From NCBI RefSeq assembly GCF_040938485.1, contig NW_027270984.1, positions 1,240,001 through 1,304,000 on the forward strand: DNA of 64,000 bases, in the 5' to 3' direction. Within the stretch, counting starts at the first letter, position 1. Every line of letters begins with the position of its first letter. Below are positions 54,044 through 64,000 of the stretch, one piece after another. Made by a program: the position numbers and the translations under genes. This stretch comes from Diadema antillarum. Lineage: Eukaryota. The notes beneath the pieces were generated by a model that did not search any database, was not told the origin of the DNA, and saw only the letters and a list, made by a program, of their open reading frames with translations.

Positions 54044-57000
54044 AAAGAACTGACATCCACACACAGACAAACAAAAAACAACAGCAAACAACCACCAAAC
54101 TTGCAGGTACAATCTTGTTCGTTGGTCTCATTGAAGCATGGTACATTTACACTTGATGCAATTATTACCACATGTATACTGCAAAAACAAACATGTGATC
54201 GTACATGACCCTCCTTGGCATTCTTATGGTTTAAGATAATACATCAGTTCATCAAAAAATACATCAGTTCCTTAATGATAGTTTTTGAAGTTCCCATACT
54301 ATACGTGCAAGGTACCATCATGCCTCTAAATCAAATACTTCCAATGCATTCAGTACGAATGATATAAATGGGAAACTCAACTTAATGGAAAAGTCATCTG
54401 GGATATGTTATGGATGATAAAACAGAGCGAAATAAAAGTAGACATTAACTGATGGCAATCAATCAAGAACAAACATGTAAAACAGGACCTGTACTTAGGT
54501 TAAATCACACTTTGAAAAATATTATTCATTATATTCCTTTGACATACGACCTATATAACTTGGCATCCCGGGGATTAGATAGCTCATCGAGAAAGCTTTA
54601 AATGCCATCCGGACTTGACAATGCGAGTTGGAGTTTTCAGGAGATGCAAAAAGCCGCCCTGCATCGCGGCTGACTGCTTAGTATCACAACGTTCTGTGTT
54701 CCTGAATTGCATTTTTGTGGAGATCAGCGGAAAAATGGAGTATTCATGGACCACAAGTTAACTGATCTGCATAGTGATCGATAGAGGTAGATGATTTTTT
54801 TTTTTTTAGTCCCTTGCACTGAAGTAAATCTGAAAAGGTGATCTGAAAAAATGGGGCATTATCATTAAAGGGATATTCATATTTCTTGCAGTTTATCAAT
54901 AAATTGCTACTGCATTATATGCCATATGGGATGTTCTTATTCTTACTAATTTCCCGAGTCAAACTATGCCAAAGAAGGGAAAGAATGAAATGCAAAAAAA
55001 AATAATGATAATAATAAATAATTAAATAAATAAATTTAAAAAACGGGAAATTGTCATCTTTTTTAAAGGAATGATGGTTATTGATGATACTCATTTTATC
55101 ACCTGGCTCTCAAGTAAGAATTTTACCACTTGCAGGATTTTCTTTCAAATCACATATTTGTAAATCATTATGCTTTCAAAATATGTGGAACATAAGAGTT
55201 TTGATTACTGAGTACCATGCAAACTCTGCTATATATTAGGTTCATGTGTACAGGAAGGCCACCTTGAATGTGACATCTTCAGTAGATGTGGAGTCATAAT
55301 ACAATTTGCTAAGTAGGGAAAATTTGTAAACCCATTTTCGTGAATCTCCATGGTAATAGAGTAAAATTTCCAGAGGTTTGCCACCATGATGGCCAATTTC
55401 ATCAGAATCTTATTAGTTGGCTCATTACAACAGGGTTTCTCCATATATAATCAACCAAAACCTAAAACAACAGTGATAACCTTGTTATGCAGAACATGGC
55501 AAATCATGCTCACTACAATCATTCGTCTGAATAAATAATACAAATACAATACCGAAACTTTTTCTGCTTGCAAAAATGAATATAGAGGCGAGAGCCCATT
55601 ACATCACACGGGCATGTGGCTTTTATTTCTACGTGCCTAACAGTGAGTCCTAGTAGCCCCTGGCAACAGGGCGATTAGGATTTTAACAGCCTTATAATTG
55701 GCATGGGGGAGCAGCAATAGAGGATCACCACTCCTGTCAGCTCCAAAAGGGGCCCCGCCTTCACATCTACCCTCAAGTCTTGGTAAGGGTCTTCAACTCA
55801 CTGTCCACCCTACAAGGAACTAAAAGTTGCAAAAAGATCATTTTTTCTGTAGTAGTGGTACAAATGTTGTAACTTTGCTTTAAATGTTGTCAGGCCATCC
55901 ATCATTGCAATATTGAATACCAGTATCAATGAGCAAGAATGAAATTGCGGATTTTCTTCAGCTTAAAGAAAAAAGAAAATGTTCAGCCTTGTGTACAGTC
56001 TGCTTTTAAGTACAATCTTATCACCCCTTTGCAATGACACAGAGCTGATAGAGCTACAAGACCCCGACCTGCTCCAATACATTAGTGTGTCAAGGCACCC
56101 TTGCCTCACAAACATTTCACACCTGAAAAGGCACATTTCCTTAAGTGAGTCACAAGGGGGAAGTAGGGGAGTTCACATCCACTTCTACCCCTCCAGGGAA
56201 TTACGGCAGTTAACACATTTCCTTGTCAATGGAACCTGCATGCAGTGAAACTGTGCTATCTTACTTGTTTGACTACATTTGCTTGCAGTAAATGTAGGTC
56301 TGCAAAGGGGCACATTCTTGCTATATATCAAAAGAATCTTCACCAAGGGAGTAGGGTCTTTTTCACCGAGCGAGTAGGGTCTTTTTCTTGTCACTAGATA
56401 TAACCTGTAGCCTCTTGCTTGAATTTACCTCTAGCATTAATCATAACATTGCCCCTTCTTGTACACAATGTTAAAGGACCAGTTGTATAGACAATGACTG
56501 CATTGTCAAATTAACTGGTTATACACAGATTGTATTTCTCTCATTTCGTTGTCTTCTGTCACACAACTCTTGGAATTTTGGGTGTGTCCTTTGTCACAAA
56601 TGTACACACTAGTAATTATGTACATGTATGATGTACTGTATGCATGGCTGTTTTAATGTGTATGTACACAGGTTGACCAGATTAATGGAGAACATTCTAT
56701 GTGGTATAGATATAGTACATACAGGCTGATCAGATCAGTGGAGAATTTTCTAGGTGGTATACAATATAGCTATACAGTACATGCATGTAACAGGAAAAAC
56801 ATTATAGCTCACTCAATCTAGAATGATTTCACCCATTCCAGAATTTTCTGGGAAGTGCTTACATGTTTGGCTGAGTGAGGCACTGTCCCTGTAGCCCAAT
56901 GTGATTGGTAGTTATTCTTGGCAATGATGTTTTGTACATAGATAGGCAGTGAATCATCCAGGATTCCTGGAACTTGGACTAGCTAGAATGTTCATATGTG

Positions 57001-57172
57001 TGGCCCCAGGTTGGAGAGAGTTACAGAATGTGCTAGAAGGGGGTGAATGGATAGTATATAAGCCAGAGAAATTCTGCAGTAGGCAGAGTACCCAACACCT
57101 CTGCTCTGAGAGTTACGTCACTTCTGGCTCTGAAGCGACTTGTTATAGTCAGTCCTGTGTTACCTGCTGACC

Positions 57173-57754
57173 TGTTATGTTTGTGGAGATAAGGCCTGGG
57201 AGACATTTTGCCTGCAGATAATTAATTTGCCTACATTGGAGATAGACTCCATTTTTGTGTCAATGGACATTGCTACGGAAAAGCTGTGATGGGCTGGATT
57301 CCTAGCTGGACAATATAAAGTGAATCATCATTCAACGCATCGACTGGACGTGGTCGTCATAACGTTGGATTCTGCACATTTCACTGTGAACATTATACCG
57401 TGGATCTATTGTGGACATATACCCTGGATTTATAACGCGGACTATTGTAACCTGTGCCTCTGGATTTACGTCGGAGGTGTCATTCATCGGTGCATCACGG
57501 ATCATTCATCTGTGCACCGAACATCGTATCTGGACACTACCAGGGAATTATAAGGACCTCATGATTTAACAGTTAGCTGCAATACGTGTAAGTGATTCCA
57601 CTACTGTTTTATAATTGTTTTATTGATCATTATTGTACTGATGTGAAAACCGATTACGAGTCTGTACCCAGAATATCACCGTTAATAAACCGCCTGAACA
57701 TTAGTTGATTGTTTCTTTTGTGCGATCATTCTCAGAGTGATTTTTGTCGTAACA
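57173..57754 (+). mobile_element. possible solo LTR
   Basis: TGTTATG...CGTAACA termini and AATAAA at 57684; no TSD found. Confidence 0.35.
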
Positions 57755-59506
57755 CCTTGCTCAACAAAGGGTAAATAATTTCATCCTGGAATGGAGTTGA
57801 AATGCATTTTCATAACAACCAAAGCAGGATTATGAATCCCTTCTTGGTTTCTAGCCTGAATCTTGGAATAATACTCTTATCTGAATCCAGTACTTTGAGA
57901 ATATAAGTCAAAGTAAAGCTGGACTTTGATCTTTGATTCCCAAATTCAAATTGATGGTAAAGAAGAAAAGATGTCGCAAAAATAATGCAAGTCACTACAA
58001 ATTCGAATGGACGTTCCAGAGATGTAGGTAGATTGATTGTAAGATGGCACTGACCTGGAAAGAGAAGTAACTATTGTAAGTACTATTGTAACCTGTCAAT
58101 CAATACTTATCTTTTGACATTCATGCTAAGCTTTTTCCTCCTAGAAGCTGTAGTTACTTTAATGGCATCGCTTCAAGGGCAGAGCAACTTAATGACAATT
58201 TTCTTCCAAACCCAAGAATTCAGCCTGTGGGCGCAAGGCTTCCGTGCATTTCCAAAAGTGAATTTGACATCAGGGACTCTGTTGTACAGTCTTGGTACCA
58301 TTTTCTGTTGGCCAGTGCTCATCCACCCTGCATTATGCCTGATGAAATATAAATTGTGACAGTTTAAAGAGACATTTCTCCTTCTGATGTATAATACATC
58401 ATCCCAAACTTAAAGGGTACTGTCAAGCAAGAACTTTAGATATTATTGCCATATTTTTGTATGGATATGTTTTTGCCATATACACATACAACACTCATAA
58501 ACAATTTATCCAAAATATTTTCACCTCAACAATTTTGAGCCCTCTTAAAAAAGGACAGTCCTTTAACCAAACTGATTAGGGTTTGAATTTGGATTAGGAT
58601 TAGGATTAGTTTTAGGATTAGGATTAGGGTTGGAGTCAGGGGAAGGGTTTGGGGTTATTGTCCAGGGGGTAATTGTCTTAGAACCATGCCATGGATGTAG
58701 TGTTGTACAGCGATATTTTTAGCTGGCCCATGCATTTACTTGCAACCACTTTGGATACATGCGTGATAATATAATGTATCTCTAGCCATTCTATACCTAC
58801 TGAGTGTGTATATGGTATGTCTGTAGCCAACATGTTACTATCATCAATATTATAAACCTCGGTAAGTTGGACGCAGTAAGTGCTGAATGTATGTGCATCA
58901 TTACACTGCACAAACAGATAAAAGTGAGGCACAGAATTCATATGTATACACCATAAATTCCATAAATGCCCATGATTACTTTTTGGTTTTTACTCTTCAA
59001 AATGCTATAGATAACTCAGTTGCATGTATTTTCAAAGCAAAAACAGACATGAAATCAAGCAAACAAAATGCTCAACGTTTTCAAAACTGGATGCTAAAAA
59101 AGAAAGCTATGGAATCATAAAGATTAACTTTTTTAACAGCAATATTCAAATTATCTATCTGGTTGCAGCTTTGATAAATGTTGTAACTTTGCAATTTTCT
59201 CTGTGAAACTTGGCCTAGAAGGGAATCTTTTAGTACAAAGAGTGAAGAGATGATGGCATCTTCATCCATAATTCTTTTTTGTTCTTCTTTGTCTTTGGAG
59301 GAGTACGGAGAAAGATTCAACTGCAATGGATAAAGATGACAATGAAATCCTTATACCTTGTCGAAACCTACAACTTAAATCATGTCCTAATTCAAATCAA
59401 TCTTCCTTGCCCATGTTTTAATTTAGATCAATTTTACACACCACCTGAAAACAGATGCCCATCTACAAATATTTGCACATTATCCACAAAGACTACCCCC
59501 TTTCAG

Positions 59507-59593
59507 GAAATTTCGACTTCGTGGAGGAAGGATAGGGATGAGGGTAGGAGAAAGATTGTCCTTGGATGATGCCACTGCCGGAAGCTATACCAG
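59507..59593 (+). CDS. candidate host exon (KFRLRGGRIGMRVGERLSLDDATAGSYT), product unknown
   Basis: acceptor CTACCCCCTTTCAG, donor CAG|GTATGA, 87 nt, phase 2-2. Confidence 0.5.
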
Positions 59594-61204
59594 GTATGAT
59601 ACTAAATGGAGCATGGTGTGCATTCAAGCCCTGCATGAAAGTGCTCCGCTGGGCAAACCGTGGGCTGAAATTGAGCCGAGAAGCTCTGTGGCATGAACGA
59701 TGTGAAAAGGTTATTTTCTTCTGAGCAGGTGAACTCACATTTCACAGAAGCAGGTGAACATACAGTACACATTCTGGAAAAGCAGATTTTTTTTCACCTT
59801 AAAAAAAAAAAAGATGGCATCAACTTTCATTTCTGTTAAAAAGACTTTGAAGTCAGGTAATTGTTATGGCCTGCAAATTATCTTTGGGGGGGGGGGAGAT
59901 AAATAAAAAAAAGAACTATCAGTAATACATTGTAGGTCATAGGTCATCTAAAATTTGCAGCAAACTTTCACAGTGCATGGGAATTCATGATATTTTATGA
60001 ATAAAAGTTTCATTATAGTATGTGAAGATTTATGGCAGGCTAGTTTTTGGTTGTTGTTTTTTTCATTTTGGCTATGCATCTCGTCTTAATACATCTTATC
60101 AATTTGTTGTCACTTTTTCAGTTTGCTTAACTCGGGAGATGAGGAAATTATTAAATTTGAACTGACATAAGACTAATGTAAACTGCTCAGTAGCAAGGAA
60201 CTTTGCAATCAAATCAAGATGTATCAAAATCAAAATATGATTTGTAATCAATTCAGATCCATTGTTAATCCGACAATCTTGATCCAACACAAACCAAAGT
60301 TTTGCTGATTACAACTGTACATCTTGTTCACCATCTTCTGTCCCTAGAATCAAAAAGGTGTAATGGCAATAGACAATTTTAATAAATGAGCATTCAGTTT
60401 AAATTGGTGAAAATGTGAAGAACATCTTATCATGATCGTTGCCAAAAAGAGAGGGTGGGGGGGGGGGGGATAAGAAAAATGATTTTGATTACAAAATAAG
60501 CCATTCACTTCTGCTGTGCTACGGACTTAGGACATTGTAAAATGGTAATGAGGCTTTCTGTGCCAGTCGTGATTCAAAGTACACCAGGGGTTAAAAAATG
60601 ATTAAAGAGACTACACACATTCTCTTTGATATGGAAATTTATTGACTATCATGAGCATGAATTTTTTTTTGGCACTCTTTATATTTTCATATGCTTATTA
60701 CTTCTAAGTTCAATGACAGACAAACAGTCAGAAAGGTAAACACACACACATACGTGTGTGTGTGTGAGAGAGAGAAAAGAAAGTGTGTGTGTGTGTGTGT
60801 AAGCATGCTTCACATATCACTTGAAATTCCCCTTCAATGCAGTCCACTGGTCAGCTTATACATGTAGCAAAGGATGTTGAATTATTAATTCACAGTTAAG
60901 GGAACTCACTTTAAAACGTGCTATTCATATTCACCCACTCATCCATCACTGAATATAAGAAAGAGGTGATCTTCATCTTTAGCCGAGTCAATAAAAGCGA
61001 ACATCCTCTTCTAATGACGGCCTGACTCTAACCTGCATTGTATCATCGGGCTTGTCTGTAGCCAGACGAAGCATTACTCCCTACTTCATTACTTCCTAAC
61101 ATCATATCACATATCAACATTGATATACAGAACAATATAAATTCTACAAACTCTTTTACACTGGTCTTTGTGTGAAAACCTCCTACCCCCCCCCCCCCAC
61201 TTCC

Positions 61205-61415
61205 TACTGCAAAACGAGGAATGTCTGCGTGCATTTTAATTTTGAGAATTTCACGAGAGCCAAGATTCATGAAATTAAAATGCATGCAAAGTTCTTGTCT
61301 ACACTATGTGCATTGAATATTGGAAGCAACTCGTGAAAATTTCATGACGCAAAAATGGCTGTCGGCGCCAATTCACAAAAATTTCATGCCGCAAAAATAT
61401 TGTGTTTTACAATTA
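61205..61415. mobile_element. Tc1/mariner-type MITE copy
   Basis: TA-CTGCAAAACGAGGAATG...GTTTTACAA, same family as 26888-27099. Confidence 0.65.
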
Positions 61416-62994
61416 AATTACAATTCTAAAAAAAGATTAATGACAAAGTTGGGATGGGAGTTCTCAATTTTGGTGCTCAAATCAAAATTACAACCCTCCC
61501 CAGTTAAAGTTTGATGTAAGCAAGGCCTCATTGTCCTATTGGACAAAGAGTATCCGCATCATCCCTGGTATAAAGAGCAAGAGCTTTACATCTAAAAAAG
61601 TAGATCATACAACTTTCATTTGCTGAAATTCAACAGAGGACTCCCTCCAACCTCTGAGGCTGTAAGTGTTGAAAGATGAGGACTCACTACTTCAGTATAT
61701 GCCGACGGTGAGAGGCAATTTCCTTCGGAGAGGCCAAAAGGTGTATTGTTTATCCTCAGGACAGTGGATAATCGTACAGGGGAATAATTGTATACTAGGA
61801 GCACACGCTTTTTTCTCCCACTTTGCCTCCACTTTGCAGGGAGCATTCTGGGACTTTTTTGCTTTCAAATCGTGGCCAGGGAGTGCCTCCAAACCTGGCA
61901 TCAAAGTTGTGAAAAGAGTAAGAATCTTTTCATTGGGCTTTTGGGAAGATGATCACACTCAACATATTCCTCCTCTCATAATGAAAAACCCTAGGGTCAC
62001 ATATGTTCCCATGATTTACTAATTTTCATTGTCAAACTTCGTACTTTATCAACTACAATACATTCCTGCCTTCCACATCATGAATCCAGAAAAAGAGTCA
62101 TACCATTACAATCACAATTAAAGTGGGGGAAAATAGACATTTCACATACAAAACAGTGTAAAAAGAGTTGAATAAAATGAGTTGCAATTTGGCTTTGCTG
62201 TACTCTCATTATCGCAAGATTTCAAGGAACTGCAATGCTCTTGCTTATTTTTTGCTACTGAAAAATCATGTTAACAGTTTCACCAATTCATCAACAATTT
62301 GAAAACTCTACATGATATGAAGAGGAGTAATGCTTTTTATTTTGTGGGGGAGGGAGGAATTCTCCACATCTTCCATTTATCATAAATGAAAGCTGTATAC
62401 ATGCATTCTTGGAATTGAGAGATGAATCATGAATCAATTAATTGATCATGCCTCAGAATGAGGGAGGCACATGCCATAATTGGTCAGGAGGACTGTGAAA
62501 TCATGCACTGCCCCTTCAACAGGCCCCTGTAAAATTGCTTTCAGGTACACCTTATATCCTCATGATGAAATTATTGCATTTTCTCATTTACATCCTCCCC
62601 AATACCCCTAATCTTTAAATCATTACTCCAAGTACCAATCAAGCTGTCATTTCTCTAATTTCTTTCTACTCGGAAATCTGATAAAGTTGTCATGTCTATA
62701 ATGTACAGCACATAGTTTCTGAGGACAGAGCCATCTCTTTGAAAGAGACCTATAGGATTAATAACACAACCCCCCCGCCCCCATAAAAAAAAAATGTGTG
62801 GACATGATGTTTAGAGCACATTAAATTCTCTTCACATATATTCATTTGAAAGCTTGAATTGCCATTCTATAGCCATTTGAGCATTGTCATTTGGCTAAGT
62901 CGAAACAAAGTTCAACACTTATCAAAATTAGGCCTACTCATTTTCAGAATGTGTCATTTATCACCATTCTGGTTATTAACAAAGTGATATATTA

Positions 62995-63162
62995 TTCAGA
63001 GCAATGTGAAATGATGTCATCATTCAGAGCAATATGAAATGATGTCATCATTTAGAGCAACATGGAATGATGTCATTATTCAGAGCAATGTGAAATGATG
63101 TCGTCATTCAGAGCAACATAAAATGATGTCATCATTCAGGGCAACATGACATGATGTCATCA
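62995..63162. repeat. 28-bp minisatellite, 6 copies
   Basis: TTCAGAGCAA(T/C)(G/A)TGAAATGATGTCATCA-type unit starting at 62995, 63023, 63051, 63079, 63107, 63135. Confidence 0.9.
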
Positions 63163-63634
63163 GCATACTCAACCACATACCATTAAAGGCACTGTTTATA
63201 AATGTTTCTGGTGTGAAAACTCAGAACAGCATGGTTATACATAAGACATGAGTCTCTGATATTGTCAAAATATGAAAACTACAGACTGTATGTGAAAAAT
63301 AGGATTTAAACTTAATGTTAGATGCTTCAAAGATGTGAAAATCAGTTATAGAGGCTGCATTTCAAATATTCAGTGTTCATTTATATTAGAGCCATAAAAT
63401 AATAAACAGTTATGCTGCATGAAATGTTTCTTCATATACTGTAGCTCTCTTGATATCTGTGACAGCAGTCCGTATGTCTGTTTTCCTCCATGCATTTTTT
63501 AATATAGTCAGTCAGCACAAAGTTTGACAATTCCTGAAATCGAGCCACCACAACTTCAAACAGCATCTTTTCTATGTTAAGTGTCACAACTTGCTGTATC
63601 TCATATTCTCTGATCTGTTTTATTTGTTTTGCAG

Positions 63635-63721
63635 ATTCAAGTTAATGTATGGCTTTCCTTTGTATGGCATGTACTTTGTAAAGTGGAATGGAACGCAATT
63701 TAACCGATACACACAGACACG
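63635..63721 (+). CDS. candidate host exon (FKLMYGFPLYGMYFVKWNGTQFNRYTQT), product unknown
   Basis: strong acceptor TTTTATTTGTTTTGCAG, donor ACG|GTGAGT, 87 nt, phase 2-2 compatible with 59507-59593. Confidence 0.55.
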
Positions 63722-64000
63722 GTGAGTTATTCTGTCAACACCCGGTGAATGAGAGAGACTAAACTCAAACAGTTTTCCTCCTAACTTCCTCGCCTCGCCT
63801 CGCCTCTCCCAGCCCAGAGCAAATCTCCACCAGGATCAGATTTCTTGGCGTTCCCCGCTCATCCCCGCTTTTCGCCATCTCTGCCCCCCTTGCACCAGTC
63901 GCAAATTAAGTTCACTTATGCGTGACAGTTGTTGTCTTCCCCTTGATTTAACTGTAATTGCCCTCACCACCATACGCCGGGAGGTGTGGGGTCATCGTGA

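Noticed and set aside
58145-58354. Open frame of about 69 codons after a TTTTCCTCCTAG acceptor
   Set aside because: No convincing in-phase donor or homology; could be chance

Overview
AT-rich, intron-style eukaryotic (animal) genomic DNA. The repeat content suggests a marine invertebrate such as an echinoderm, which is an inference only. The main feature is a complete, apparently very young Polinton/Maverick (adintovirus-like endogenous dsDNA virus) at 34785-52186 (about 17.4 kb, including a 133-N gap). It has ~657-bp terminal inverted repeats starting AGTAGT that differ at only 5 positions by eye, a perfect 6-bp target duplication (AACAAG), and an uninterrupted core gene set. On the + strand these are a PC4-like ssDNA-binding protein, protein-primed PolB, packaging ATPase, a pX-like core protein and a PW-like protein. 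On the - strand they are integrase-chromodomain, minor capsid, a PZ-like core protein, major capsid and adenain-like protease. The most unusual part is the accessory content. A right-end cassette has two overlapping reading frames, and the longer one ends in a domain that aligns by eye with the Bcl-2 fold, recalling adenovirus E1B. There are also small candidate membrane-protein ORFs and arrays of regulatory-looking repeats. The flanks hold many MITEs and Helentron-type non-autonomous elements, some nested, and scattered in-phase exons of two host genes I cannot name.
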